Assembly: GCA_963778115.1 (NCBI GenBank)
Contig: CAVZSV010000004.1
Coordinates: forward strand, 64,001-128,000
Origin: an uncultured delta proteobacterium
GTDB taxonomy: Bacteria > Bdellovibrionota > FAC87 > UBA2466
Direction: 5' to 3'
Length of the DNA: 64,000 nucleotides
Shown here: positions 10,260 to 20,411 of the stretch, in pieces
Position numbering within the stretch: the stretch's first letter is position 1
Layout: the number at the start of each line of letters is the position of its first letter
The notes under the pieces: generated by a model
What the model saw: only the letters and a program-made list of their open reading frames with translations
Database searches by the model: none
Told to the model about the DNA's origin: nothing
Translations under genes and position numbers: made by a program

Positions 10260-10436
10260 TGTGTTTAGCTGTCTAAAAAACCAGGAATTCTGCAAGGCTA
10301 CTTTACAATTTGAAGGCAGGAAGTGTCACGGGCAAGCTATTGAATTTTATACTGTTATTTTGTATGCCGAATTGTGTGCGGCTAATGGTGTGACATTATC
10401 GTTCGGTATTAGGCCTGAAGACTAGGCATTAGTCTG

Positions 10437-10453
10437 CTGGCACCACCGTTGCA
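10437..10453 (+). promoter_or_regulatory. sigma54 (-24/-12) promoter with no downstream CDS
   Basis: CTGGCACCACCGTTGCA matches TGGCAC-N5-TTGCA exactly; one-mismatch IHF-like site at 10333-10345. Confidence 0.8.
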
Positions 10454-10463
10454 ACCTTTCCCT

Positions 10464-10692
10464 CCCGTGACTGGCAAATCTGGATGTTAAAGTGAACCGT
10501 TGGCGGTTGTCGTTAAGCTCAGGCTTTCGGCGGAACGTTCTTTGTGGTTGTGGATTTTCAATGTGGAATTTGAGTTTTGATTTGCCTCGTCCCCTACCCC
10601 CCAAGCTCTCGTAGAGAGCTAGGCAGTTTAAGGCCTGGTGAGGTGGTCCGAATATTTTTCAGCCATCTCACTGGGCTACTGTCTATTTTTTT
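10464..10692 (+). ncRNA. Candidate sigma54-dependent small RNA (~230 nt)
   Basis: Lies between the sigma54 promoter and a hairpin+T7 terminator; three stem-loops with several G:U pairs that work only on the + strand; no credible ORF. Confidence 0.6.
10620..10692 (+). terminator. Long terminator hairpin of the candidate sRNA
   Basis: TAGGCAGT/ACTGTCTA outer stem, 15-bp inner stem 10633-10647/10662-10676, then T7. Confidence 0.65.
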
Positions 10693-10721
10693 GATCTGTC
10701 TATTGGTTTTTGAGGCGCCTT

Positions 10722-11579
10722 CTATGGGCCGCCGCCGGAGAATTTTTCGGGTATACTGGCACGTATGTACTTCTCGACTTCGGTGGCGGTCTCTTCCAAT
10801 GCTTTTCCTGTGACATCAAACACCGGCCAACGTCGATTCTTCCGGTACAGATCCTTACAGTAACCGATCTCTTCCAATACGTGATCCATGCTAGCGTAAG
10901 ATCCAGTAGGGTCTTCTCCCATCTTAAGCAGCCTCTCACGACGTATCCCCACCAAAGTCGGAGCATCGATGATAAGGCCGATAACCTTTCTCTGGTCAGT
11001 CTCAAATAACTTCTCAGGCAGCGCAATCCCCGATACCACGGGAACATTCGCCACTTTCCAGCCCTTATAAGAGAGATAAACGCTAAGAGGCGTCTTGCTG
11101 GTTCGCGAGAGCCCCACCAGAATAATGTCGGCCATCTCTAAATTGTCGGCATATCTGCCATCGTCGTGTTTCACCGTAAACTCGATGGCTTCAATTCGCT
11201 TAAAGTAATATTCATTCACTTGATGAAAGAGGCCGGGTGTGGAATTGGGATCTTTCTTGAGAAACTGCGAAAGAATTCCCAGCAACGGGCCTAAAAGATC
11301 CACCGAAGGGACATTGGCGCGCTCCGAGAGATCTTTGATAAAGACTCGAAGATTATCGGAGACCACCGTATAGATCACAACACCCTTAACCTGGTGTGCT
11401 TCTTCAAAAATGCTTGAGACCTGGGCTTCGTTACGAATGTTCTTATACCGTACGATCTTAAGATGATCTCTGCGATATTGGACAAGCGCAGCTTTGATCA
11501 TCTGATCGGCGGTCTCTCCTGTTCCATCCGACAAAACAAAGATGGTAAGAGGTGATTCGGTTTCGGCATTCGTAGTCAT
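10722..11579 (-). CDS. ppsR: PEP synthase/PPDK regulatory protein (kinase/pyrophosphorylase)
   Basis: SDGTGETA, YFKRIEAIEFTVKHDDG, GLSRTSKTP and ANVP motifs. Confidence 0.93.
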   Translation of the reverse strand: MTTNAETESPLTIFVLSDGTGETADQMIKAALVQYRRDHLKIVRYKNIRNEAQVSSIFEEAHQVKGVVIYTVVSDNLRVFIKDLSERANVPSVDLLGPLLGILSQFLKKDPNSTPGLFHQVNEYYFKRIEAIEFTVKHDDGRYADNLEMADIILVGLSRTSKTPLSVYLSYKGWKVANVPVVSGIALPEKLFETDQRKVIGLIIDAPTLVGIRRERLLKMGEDPTGSYASMDHVLEEIGYCKDLYRKNRRWPVFDVTGKALEETATEVEKYIRASIPEKFSGGGP

Positions 11580-12910
11580 ACGTTGCTCCCTTTAGGAACA
11601 CTCTGGACGAGGCCTGTAACTCCGTTCCGGTCACGATCGGTGAGCCTAAGCCAGTTGGCATCCGCGCGCATGATCCGAATTTTAAATCGCGCCCCTTCCT
11701 CGAGGTACTCTTTTTCCAAAACCTTGGAATATTCATGAATTTGAGACTGAAGCCACGTGTCTTGGTACGACACCATGATCTCAAGCTCCAACATATCGCG
11801 CTCGAAAAAATTATAAATGGTGTCTCTAAGCCGCTTCATATCTTCGGGCTTATTCGCCGAGACCACCAGGCTATCGACATGGCTTCGCTCTAACAAACGG
11901 GGAAGATAGAACTCCTTCACCAGGTCGGATTTATTGAATACCAGCATGACGGGCTTACTCCCCGCCCCGATCTCTTCGAGTACATTCTTAGTGACTTCGA
12001 TCTGATCGGCATAAGTGGGAGAAGAGAGATCAACGACGTGCAATAACAAATCGGCTTCGATGACTTCCCTAAGGGTCGAGCGAAAAGACGCTACTAACCC
12101 GTGGGGCAATTTTTTGATAAATCCAACGGTATCACTCAAAAGAATAGGAGGGCGAGTCTTCGGATCGATAATCCGTACTGTCGAATCCAAAGTCGCAAAT
12201 AGTTTGTCGTCTACCAATACTTCGCCCGTTGTCAGGTTATTCATCACAGTAGATTTTCCGGCATTGGTATAGCCAACAATGGCCACTCGAATAAATCTAT
12301 CTCGGTGAAGACTCTGCACCGCTCTTTCCCGAGAGGAATGCTCTAACTCTTGCTTGAGTCGAGTGATACGAACTCGAATTTGACGTCTATCCAATTCAAT
12401 CTGTTTTTCCCCCAGCCCTCTAAGTCCGATCCCACCCTTTTGGCGTTCAAAGTGAGTCCATCGACCGGTCAATCGCGAGCAGAGGTATTCCAATTGCGCC
12501 ATCTCCACCTGACGTTTGGCCTCTTTCGTCCGCGCATGGCGCGAGAAAATATCTAAAATGATGCCCGTGCGATCTACTACTCGACACTTTAGCTCTTTCT
12601 CCAAATTTTTTTGCTGCCCGCCGCTTAACTCGTTGTCAAAAGCGACCAAAGAACAATCGAGCTCTTTTACTTTGGCGGCAATTTCAGAAGCTTTGCCCTT
12701 TCCGATATACATCGCGGGGCTCGGGGTCTCCCGTTTTTGAATGAAGTGGCCCATAACGTGCCCACCTAGAGTGTCAATGAGCCGTTCTAGCTCTTCGAGC
12801 GAACTATCGATCTCCTCTTCAGTGTCGTTTTTTAGAACCACCCCTACCATAAGGACCCGTTCGGTTTCATCGGGCAGTGTCGGCTCATTGAAGTTACGAT
12901 TCAAGATCAT
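11576..12910 (-). CDS. hflX: GTPase HflX
   Basis: ILDIF..HART.E, GYTNAGKST, LFATLD, DTVGFI, NKSD. Confidence 0.97.
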   Translation of the reverse strand: MILNRNFNEPTLPDETERVLMVGVVLKNDTEEEIDSSLEELERLIDTLGGHVMGHFIQKRETPSPAMYIGKGKASEIAAKVKELDCSLVAFDNELSGGQQKNLEKELKCRVVDRTGIILDIFSRHARTKEAKRQVEMAQLEYLCSRLTGRWTHFERQKGGIGLRGLGEKQIELDRRQIRVRITRLKQELEHSSRERAVQSLHRDRFIRVAIVGYTNAGKSTVMNNLTTGEVLVDDKLFATLDSTVRIIDPKTRPPILLSDTVGFIKKLPHGLVASFRSTLREVIEADLLLHVVDLSSPTYADQIEVTKNVLEEIGAGSKPVMLVFNKSDLVKEFYLPRLLERSHVDSLVVSANKPEDMKRLRDTIYNFFERDMLELEIMVSYQDTWLQSQIHEYSKVLEKEYLEEGARFKIRIMRADANWLRLTDRDRNGVTGLVQSVPKGSNV

Positions 12911-12913
12911 GCG

Positions 12914-13339
12914 TCAGCCGTCGCTCGCCACAAGAAGCGTTTCGGGATAGGGATGAGAGGAGAGTTTGGTCAGTTCTTTTTGAAATAGGCCTACCGCTTG
13001 TTTATCTTCACAAAAAAAGATAACACGCTTTAATTTCAGTCCCGTGCAGTTTTGAACGAAACGCTCCCAGTCAGGAGTTCCATTGGACTCCAGGGCTAAG
13101 AATTGAGCTGCGATTTTTTTCATTGTCGGAACGAAAGTGGTGCGTTTGGATCGAAACTCCCCTTGGAGCACATAGCGGGAAAGAACCCCACTCATTCTCC
13201 AGTCCACACACTGCAGCGATTGACTTTCCAAAGGACCCACGGCCCTTCTGCCATGAAAAGAGACCCAGAGGCAGTCACAGCTTTCAGCAAGAAGTCGCTC
13301 GGCCTCTGCACCGGAATATGAGATATGTTCTACTTTCAC
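12914..13339 (-). CDS. Conserved hypothetical protein, M17 peptidase N-terminal-like domain (tentative)
   Basis: In the operon between nusB and hflX; VDWRMSG.LSR motif recalled from deltaproteobacterial M17-N-like proteins. Confidence 0.55.
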   Translation of the reverse strand: MKVEHISYSGAEAERLLAESCDCLWVSFHGRRAVGPLESQSLQCVDWRMSGVLSRYVLQGEFRSKRTTFVPTMKKIAAQFLALESNGTPDWERFVQNCTGLKLKRVIFFCEDKQAVGLFQKELTKLSSHPYPETLLVASDG

Positions 13340-13406
13340 GCTTAGAAGAGTCTATCCCAAAAGGACAAAGGAGACAAAGTCTCCCAGGTCTGTTGGATTA
13401 CGGGTT

Positions 13407-13835
13407 CTACGGGGCTTTACCGGGCCGATCGAGACCCGCTTTTAGCCTGTCTAGGATTCCGTTGATGAAAGAGGCGCTGTTTTCCGAGCCGAAATGCTTA
13501 GCCACTTCAATCATTTCATTAATGGACACGGTGGAGGGGATATCGTCACAATAGTAGAGCTCAAAAGCACCCAGCCTTAAGATGTTTCTATCGACTACTG
13601 CCATGCGTTCGGTTCGCCAGTGCTCGGAAGTCTTTTCCACCAACTGATCTAGAGCCGCTAAATTTTCAGCAACTCCAATCACCAGCCGCTGCGTAAACTC
13701 GTCGGTCGAATTGTCCTTGGCGAAGTGATCGGTAAAATGAGTCAAAGCGTGCGAAGGAGTCAGTCCTTGGTTTACGTCTAACTGGTAGAGGATCTGAAGT
13801 GCGTCTTCACGTGCTTTACGCCGATTACCTTTCAT
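13407..13835 (-). CDS. nusB: Transcription antitermination factor NusB
   Basis: [32 protein letters not shown]. Confidence 0.96.
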   Translation of the reverse strand: MKGNRRKAREDALQILYQLDVNQGLTPSHALTHFTDHFAKDNSTDEFTQRLVIGVAENLAALDQLVEKTSEHWRTERMAVVDRNILRLGAFELYYCDDIPSTVSINEMIEVAKHFGSENSASFINGILDRLKAGLDRPGKAP

Positions 13836-15079
13836 AGGCCTTCATAGATAGGGAATCGAAAAGCCGTGGTACCGACTTCCTTTCGAATTCTCGCTAACTC
13901 CTGTTCGTCGGTGGTCTTTAGGGTTCTGGCAATAAGGTGTCCCAGCCACCGCATTTCGGCCTCTTCCATTCCTCGAGACGTAATCGCCGGTGTTCCCAAG
14001 CGAATACCACTGGTGACGAAGGCACTTTGCGTCTCGAAAGGAACGGTATTCTTATTTACCGTTAGTCCCACTTTATCCAAACGCTCTTCGGCCTCTTTTC
14101 CAGTCAAATTCTGTTTACGTAAGTCTATTAACATCAGGTGCGTATCGGTTCCGCCACTGACTAAATCGTACCCATCTTCCATTAACGTCTGTGCCAATAC
14201 CTTGGCATTCATGACGACACTTCGTTGGTATTTCTTAAACTCATCGGTCTGAGCTTCTTTAAATGCCACCGCCTTTGCGGCGATGACGTGCATCAAAGGA
14301 CCCCCTTGAATGCCCGGGAAGATACGGCTATTCACTTTAGTGCGATGCGCTTCTTTACATAGAATCAAGCCACCACGAGGACCTCGCAGCGTTTTGTGTG
14401 TGGTCGCCGTGACCGCATCGGCGTAGGGAACGGGCGAGGGATGGACTCCAGCAGCCACAAGGCCCGCGATATGAGCCATATCCACGAACAAAAGAGCATT
14501 TACCTCTTTGGCGATACTTCCAAACGCTTCAAAATCCAAGGTACGAGGGTAAGCGCTGGCTCCGGCGACAATCATCTTAGGTCGATTCTTCTTTGCTAAG
14601 TCTCTCACCTGATCGTAATCGATGCGCTGATCGCTCTCTCTGACACCGTAGGAAATCACTTTGAAGAGCATTCCCGAAAAGTTGACCGGAGATCCATGAG
14701 TCAGGTGCCCCCCATGAGAAAGGTTCATCCCCAAAATAGTATCTCCAGGGGTGAGACAGGCCAAATAGACCGCCATATTGGCTTGAGACCCTGAGTGAGG
14801 TTGAACGTTGGCATGGTCGGCCTTAAAGATCTCTTTCGCACGCTGAATAGCGAGGTCCTCTACTTTATCGACGAATTCACAGCCACCGTAATAGCGCTTA
14901 CCGGGATAGCCTTCGGCATATTTATTGGTCAAAACACTCCCCTGAGCTTCCAATACCGCTCTAGAGACGGTGTTCTCGCTAGGAATAAGTTCCAAGGTAT
15001 TTTGTTGTCGCGCTAACTCTTCTCGGATGGCCTGATAGATCAAAGGATCCGTTTCTTGAATTCGAGTCATGATGCTCAC
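13832..15079 (-). CDS. glyA: Serine hydroxymethyltransferase
   Basis: [34 protein letters not shown]; likely GTG start at 15079 (AAGGAG SD, GTGA overlap with rpiB). Confidence 0.98.
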   Translation of the reverse strand: MSIMTRIQETDPLIYQAIREELARQQNTLELIPSENTVSRAVLEAQGSVLTNKYAEGYPGKRYYGGCEFVDKVEDLAIQRAKEIFKADHANVQPHSGSQANMAVYLACLTPGDTILGMNLSHGGHLTHGSPVNFSGMLFKVISYGVRESDQRIDYDQVRDLAKKNRPKMIVAGASAYPRTLDFEAFGSIAKEVNALLFVDMAHIAGLVAAGVHPSPVPYADAVTATTHKTLRGPRGGLILCKEAHRTKVNSRIFPGIQGGPLMHVIAAKAVAFKEAQTDEFKKYQRSVVMNAKVLAQTLMEDGYDLVSGGTDTHLMLIDLRKQNLTGKEAEERLDKVGLTVNKNTVPFETQSAFVTSGIRLGTPAITSRGMEEAEMRWLGHLIARTLKTTDEQELARIRKEVGTTAFRFPIYEGL

Positions 15080-15537
15080 TTGCAACTCCTTTCAAGGGCT
15101 GTGATCTTATCGATTCGGCCCTGATGCCGCCCTCCCAAGAATTCTGTCTTGAGCCAAGTCCGACATGTCTCCAACGCGGTTTCGGGTCCTACAAGTCTGG
15201 AGCCCAGACAAGCGATATTGGCGTTATTATGTTCTCGAGACAAACGCGCCGAGGTCACATCCCACACTTCAGCGGCCCTAATTCCAAAAACCTTATTGGC
15301 GGCAATGGACATTCCCAGTCCGCTCCCACAGATTAAAATTCCGCGAGTGGAATGCTCGACCACTTTGTGCGCCACTTTAGCGGCAAAATCGGGATAATCG
15401 CAGGAGCTTTCGGAATGAGTCCCACAGTCCTCAAAGGTAAATTGAGGGAACTCTTTCTTGAGCGTTTCGATTAGGGTCTTCTTAAGAGAATAGCCCGCGT
15501 GGTCGGAACCAAAGTAAAATGTTGTCGTCTCGGCCAT
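15076..15537 (-). CDS. rpiB: Ribose-5-phosphate isomerase B
   Basis: [32 protein letters not shown]. Confidence 0.96.
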   Translation of the reverse strand: MAETTTFYFGSDHAGYSLKKTLIETLKKEFPQFTFEDCGTHSESSCDYPDFAAKVAHKVVEHSTRGILICGSGLGMSIAANKVFGIRAAEVWDVTSARLSREHNNANIACLGSRLVGPETALETCRTWLKTEFLGGRHQGRIDKITALERSCK

Positions 15538-15546
15538 AACAAATTT

Positions 15547-16782
15547 TCAATCAACGCGACTGAAAATGAGACTTGCGTTAGTTCCCCCGAAGCCGAAGGA
15601 ATTGGTGAGTGCATGCTTCACTTTGCACTCTTCGGGCTCGTTGGGAACGTAATTCAAATCACATTCAGGGTCGGGCGTATGCAAATTGATCGTCGGAGGA
15701 ATCGTCTGATTCAAAAGCGTTTGGACGCAGTACATGGCTTCCACGGCCCCGGCGGCTCCCAGCAAATGTCCCGTCATCGACTTCGTCGAACTGATGGGGA
15801 CACTCTTGGCATGGGTTGCGAATACGGTTTTGAGTGCCACGGTCTCCATCGTATCTCCGATAGGAGTCGAAGTGCCGTGAGCGTTGACGTAGTGAATGTC
15901 TTCAGGATTAAGTTTGGCGTCTTTAAGTGCTAACTTCATGCAGCGTGCCGCCCCTTCGCCGTTAGGGCTTGGTTGAGTGATGTGATAGGCATCCGCATTC
16001 AACGCATAGCCTACGACTTCGGCCAATATCTTGGCTCCTCGTTTCTTGGCGTGCTCGTATTCTTCAAGGACTAAAGTGGCAGCACCTTCTCCTACCACAA
16101 ACCCGTCTCTTTCTTTGTCAAAGGGACGAGAGGCTTTGGTGGGATCGTCGTTTCTTTGTGAAAGCGCTCTTAACGCACAAAAACCGGCAACTCCCGCTTC
16201 GCAAATGGCAGCTTCGGCACCTCCGGCAAACATAATATCCACATCGCCGCGTTGAATGAGTCGGAAAGATTCTCCGATAGCATGAGCGCTTGAGGAGCAG
16301 GCCGTCGTGATACAGGTGTTTGGCCCTTTTAGTCCATACTTAATCGAAATCTGTCCCGCTGCCAGATTACTAATCACCATAGGGATGAAAAAGGGACTCA
16401 CCCTGCGCGGACCTCGTTCGAAAATCTCTTTATAGACGGCTTGGATTTCGCCCATGCCGCCGATGCCGACTCCGACACAACTTCCGGCTCTTTCGGCGTC
16501 ATACTTATCCACGGACAGACCCGCGGACTGGAAAGCCTCTTCCGCCGAGATGAGGCTGAACTGAATGAATCTGTCGATTTTCTTGAGATCTTTTACCGAA
16601 AAGTATTTTTGAGGTTCGTAATCGGAAATTTCCCCCGCAATCCGGGAAGTATATGTGGATGCGTCAAAGAGTGTGATCGGACGAATGCCCGATTTTCCCG
16701 CCATCAACGCGTCCCAATTTTGCGAAGCCGTGAATCCGATGGGAGTGATGGCGCCAATGCCTGTAACAACAACTCGATGCAT
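15547..16782 (-). CDS. fabF: Beta-ketoacyl-ACP synthase II
   Basis: TACSS, NAHGTST, KSMTGHLLGAAG, NSFGFGG. Confidence 0.97.
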   Translation of the reverse strand: MHRVVVTGIGAITPIGFTASQNWDALMAGKSGIRPITLFDASTYTSRIAGEISDYEPQKYFSVKDLKKIDRFIQFSLISAEEAFQSAGLSVDKYDAERAGSCVGVGIGGMGEIQAVYKEIFERGPRRVSPFFIPMVISNLAAGQISIKYGLKGPNTCITTACSSSAHAIGESFRLIQRGDVDIMFAGGAEAAICEAGVAGFCALRALSQRNDDPTKASRPFDKERDGFVVGEGAATLVLEEYEHAKKRGAKILAEVVGYALNADAYHITQPSPNGEGAARCMKLALKDAKLNPEDIHYVNAHGTSTPIGDTMETVALKTVFATHAKSVPISSTKSMTGHLLGAAGAVEAMYCVQTLLNQTIPPTINLHTPDPECDLNYVPNEPEECKVKHALTNSFGFGGTNASLIFSRVD

Positions 16783-16799
16783 GGGCCCCCTATCTCTCC

Positions 16800-17033
16800 T
16801 TAGTTCACTTTCGCTTTAATGTAATTGATGACGTCATTTACGGTTTTGATCTTTTCCGCGTCCTCATCAGGAATTTCAAGGTCAAACTCTTCTTCCATGG
16901 TCATGACCAATTCGACGATGTCCAAGGAGTCGGCCCCCAGATCGTCAATAAAGGAAGCTTCTGGAGTTACGCTCTCCATATCTACGCCAAGCTGCTCCAC
17001 GATGATATTCTTTACTTTTTCTTCTACGGACAT
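16800..17033 (-). CDS. acpP: Acyl carrier protein
   Basis: DLGADSLD phosphopantetheine site; 77 aa, acidic. Confidence 0.98.
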   Translation of the reverse strand: MSVEEKVKNIIVEQLGVDMESVTPEASFIDDLGADSLDIVELVMTMEEEFDLEIPDEDAEKIKTVNDVINYIKAKVN

Positions 17034-17162
17034 AAGCTCCTCTCCTGCGCTTAAAAATTATCGGACGAATCTAGCAGGACTACTTCTGAACCGCAAGGCA
17101 TGTATTTTCTTATCAAAACAGGCGGGTATGGCCGTGTCCCCCGCTCGGGTCGCAGCCTGCTT

Positions 17163-18908
17163 TTATCTCAAGGCCGGCGGAACCTGGGTGCCAGCTCGGC
17201 CAAAGAGCAAGTCTCCCCATTTAAAGCTTTCGCAAAACCCAATGGTCCGGTAGTAGGCTTCCCCGCTTATCCATTCGGTTCCCGTCCAGTGGATATTTTC
17301 TGGGTAGGTGGGGTCCAGTGTCGAATCGACAAAAAGGCTAAGGCCGTTGTAACGACCGGCTCCAAAAGTATGGCCCGTGATCAAATACGGAGAGGTGGAA
17401 GGAAACTCGGTACGCACGGCATAGGTGACGGGGCTTTTCCACTCATGGGACTGTACGACTTTTGCTTTCTGATCCAAAAGTTCGAGCTTCGCCCAAGTGG
17501 CCCCCGGAAGAAATGGGCGAATTTTAAGCGTCTTGGTCTTATCCGGCCAATCCCATTGCAGAGAGACGACCCTTCCCGTCGAACGATCGTCTATTTTTAG
17601 TTTCAGTTTTAAACCCGCGAACGCCGGATTCAAATAATTAAACGACCCTTCGAAATAGTCCTTAACATCGCTTTTGGATAAGTATTCGTCGCCCTGAACC
17701 ACCAGTCGAACGGCACTTACCCCGCTTCCCGGAATCATTTGGAAGAATTCACTATCGATGGCCGGATTGGGATTGGGCTCCCCCAAAAGTTTTAGAATTT
17801 GAGCCGCTCTGTTTTTTACTTCCGAGGAGTCGCTTCTGGATTTGAGTTCGGAAAGAAGATCCACCCAGTCCACGTGGCTGTCTTCATCGCCCCAGCGATC
17901 CTCACGAGAACCTAAGAATAACGTCGCGAAGTTGGTTCCTTCAAGCGAGCGCGCGAGTGAACGCCAGGGAGACCACAACTTCTCTAATTTCTGCATGTCT
18001 AAAGCGAATAGTGAAAGAGGGGGATAGCCGGACTCCATCGGAGCTTGTGAACCCCCCCGGGAAAACGAGACAAGACTCTGTGAAACTAGATTGCGGGCTA
18101 GTACCTCCACGGAAGGTTGCCCCGCGTCGGAAAAATCTTGGAACGACCGGGTGTAATCAAAGGAAAGCCATGGCATCTCGCCAGGAGTCGCGATGTAGTA
18201 TTTGGTCAGTCCGCGCATGGCATAGGCCGATTCAAGGACTCCCATATCGCAAAGATCCATGACCAAAAGATCCAATCGATTTCTCGGTCCGAAAGCGGTG
18301 GAGATGGCGTTTCGCACTTCGCCCAGGGAAGCCAAGACGTAAGCCGGAGGAGTTCCCCCCGGAAAGGGTGGGAGAACTCCGGGATCGTCGTCTTCGAGAA
18401 GCCCCTTCCATCCCCAGCCATGCCCCAATAGAAACAAGGCATAGTGTTCGGCAGGATAATTCGTTTTTGCCCAGCTCAAAAAATCGGCGATATTAGGAGC
18501 ATAAGCCGAATTAAGTTTGACAGCCGATTCCCAAACGATGGGCGATTGGATTTGCAGAGTATCAAAATTCTTACCGTCGATGGGACCAGGATTCGGAGTA
18601 ATAAAATAGCGACGGGCAGGAGCTTCGACGTGGTTAGTTCCCGAGTCATCCCACCAAAGCTCCGTTTGGGCTACGATATTGCGATCGTTGTCGGCAGTGA
18701 GCTGCTCTAACTTTCTAATGGGGACTCTGGAGTAAGGATCGATCTCAGGCTCATCGCCCGCGATGTAGAAAAGTACCGTCCATTTCTTTTGTACCGCCTT
18801 TGCTTGAACCGAATAGCTTAGACAAATGACGGCCAGGATTAAGACGACAAAACCGCGATTCAGACAAGACACGACCCTTGTCCATAAAGATGGCTCGATT
18901 GATGGCAC
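17163..18908 (-). CDS. Clostripain-family (C11) cysteine peptidase, exported
   Basis: KWTVLFYIAGD, FLSWAKTNYPAEHYALFLLGHGWGW (catalytic His), DLCDMG..E..Y (catalytic Cys); signal peptide. Confidence 0.85.
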   Translation of the reverse strand: MPSIEPSLWTRVVSCLNRGFVVLILAVICLSYSVQAKAVQKKWTVLFYIAGDEPEIDPYSRVPIRKLEQLTADNDRNIVAQTELWWDDSGTNHVEAPARRYFITPNPGPIDGKNFDTLQIQSPIVWESAVKLNSAYAPNIADFLSWAKTNYPAEHYALFLLGHGWGWKGLLEDDDPGVLPPFPGGTPPAYVLASLGEVRNAISTAFGPRNRLDLLVMDLCDMGVLESAYAMRGLTKYYIATPGEMPWLSFDYTRSFQDFSDAGQPSVEVLARNLVSQSLVSFSRGGSQAPMESGYPPLSLFALDMQKLEKLWSPWRSLARSLEGTNFATLFLGSREDRWGDEDSHVDWVDLLSELKSRSDSSEVKNRAAQILKLLGEPNPNPAIDSEFFQMIPGSGVSAVRLVVQGDEYLSKSDVKDYFEGSFNYLNPAFAGLKLKLKIDDRSTGRVVSLQWDWPDKTKTLKIRPFLPGATWAKLELLDQKAKVVQSHEWKSPVTYAVRTEFPSTSPYLITGHTFGAGRYNGLSLFVDSTLDPTYPENIHWTGTEWISGEAYYRTIGFCESFKWGDLLFGRAGTQVPPALR

Positions 18909-18994
18909 GGCTCCCCCAAATTTTTGGTCTTAAAACGTAAAGCTTATGACACCCGAATTCTCGTATTGACGAAATCTTTCGGCAAGCGAATGTT

Positions 18995-19681
18995 TTGTTG
19001 GTGAATGACCTTTTGCGTCTTGAAAAAGAGATTATTAACTGCAGCCGTTGCTCTCGTTTGAGGAGTTACTGCAAAACCATCGCCGTAACTAAGAAGCGGG
19101 AATTTCGAAACGAAACCTATTGGGGACTTCCGGTTCCAGGATTTGGCGATGTAAGCGCCACGATTTGGATCATGGGGCTAGCACCAGCGGCACACGGAGC
19201 GAATAGGACGGGGAGGATGTTTACCGGAGATTCCAGTGGCCGCTGGTTGTACCGCGCTCTATATCGAGTGGGATGGGCGAGCAAAGAAGAATCGCTGCAT
19301 CGAGACGACGGACTCGTGTTAAAAGACATCTATATTTCGGCGGCGGCCAGGTGTGCTCCTCCCGATAACAAGCCGTTGCCGAGTGAAATTGCAAATTGCT
19401 CTGATTATTTGGATAGAGAATTTCGAGCGCTAAAAAATTTAAAACTTTTTCTGGCCTTGGGAAATATCGGCTATCACGCCATTTTGGGTCTTTTGCAGAG
19501 CAATAAGATTGAAGTGCCCAAACCTAGACCCAAGTTTCAGCATGGAGGATTCTTTAAGGCGGGAAGTTTTGGGATCTTAATGTCGTACCACCCCAGTCGG
19601 CAGAATACTCAGACGGGGAGGCTTACCGAGGAAATGTGGAATGGGATTTTTGATCGGGCGAGGGAGATTACGACTCCCTAG
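18995..19681 (+). CDS. Uracil-DNA glycosylase, family 5 (UdgB-like, 4Fe-4S)
   Basis: CSRC..L, GLAPAAHGANRTGRMFTGD, RCAPPDNKP, HPS.QN; exact start uncertain. Confidence 0.92.
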   Translation: MLVNDLLRLEKEIINCSRCSRLRSYCKTIAVTKKREFRNETYWGLPVPGFGDVSATIWIMGLAPAAHGANRTGRMFTGDSSGRWLYRALYRVGWASKEESLHRDDGLVLKDIYISAAARCAPPDNKPLPSEIANCSDYLDREFRALKNLKLFLALGNIGYHAILGLLQSNKIEVPKPRPKFQHGGFFKAGSFGILMSYHPSRQNTQTGRLTEEMWNGIFDRAREITTP

Positions 19682-19825
19682 CCCTAGGGACCGAACCCGG
19701 GGAACGGGAAAGGCGGGCCGGGACGTCAAGTTAGTTTTGATGGGGGGTTCTTTTTTTGAGGAGTAAAAGGGAATTACTAAGGAGCGATCCTTATTTGTTT
19801 TGGAGAGTAAGGCCGATTCGGCCGA

Positions 19826-20338
19826 CTAAAAAATCATCCCGCGAGTAAAAGCGATCTTGTCGCTACCCTTGGGACGGATGGTATCGATATACCAGTTACC
19901 GCCGGTATGAGAGAGTTCGACTTCGCGCTCGTTGGCTTCTTGGGTAACGTCGGTTCCTTGAGCGTTATCAATAGAGACTTGGTAACGAATCGTTGCGGTA
20001 TCGTTTTGAACTTTATTCGCGATAACTTTAATGTCCTTTACCTTAACATTGTTGTTTAGGTAAGAGATGCGAAAAGCGTCGGGAGTCATTTGGTCGAAAG
20101 CTCTTCTCATCTCTCCGGAACAGAGATCGCGAAGTTTCGCCCTGTCCTGGTCGTTCTTAGCGGTCGCACTTACCTGGATGAAATATTTTACAACATCCTC
20201 CGGCGTTTTTAATTCGGGTGCGGGGGCGGTAGCCACCGAAGCCGCGGGCGCCGCCGACTTCTTCACACACGCCGCGAAAGAAAGAGTTAGACCAATGGCC
20301 ATTACGACTAGCAAAGAAGAGAAAGGTTTCATAAGCAT
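19826..20338 (-). CDS. Hypothetical lipoprotein (NTF2-like fold possible)
   Basis: Lipobox FAAC; helix-then-strand pattern ending W-Y-I-D. Confidence 0.7.
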   Translation of the reverse strand: MLMKPFSSLLVVMAIGLTLSFAACVKKSAAPAASVATAPAPELKTPEDVVKYFIQVSATAKNDQDRAKLRDLCSGEMRRAFDQMTPDAFRISYLNNNVKVKDIKVIANKVQNDTATIRYQVSIDNAQGTDVTQEANEREVELSHTGGNWYIDTIRPKGSDKIAFTRGMIF

Positions 20339-20411
20339 CCATTTTACCGGCTAATCCAGTCTCTCGCCACTCGCTTTTCATCGGAGCCAACTTGAGTTAC
20401 TTTGATGCGGC

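Noticed and set aside
10091..10276. Peptide KGRPYLLV shared with the N-terminal extension of ORF 29232..29708
   Set aside because: It is simply the translated REP-like repeat, not a protein motif
10471..10512. c-di-GMP-I riboswitch resemblance (GGCAAA...GTTGTCG)
   Set aside because: No GNRA-capped P2 or GACGCAAAGC core; GGCAAATC pairs better with 10579-10586
10577..10813. 78-aa TTG ORF (and a 17-aa ATG ORF at 10561) as product of the sigma54 promoter
   Set aside because: No SD; the 78-aa ORF crosses the terminator and overlaps ppsR antisense. A small peptide is not strictly excluded
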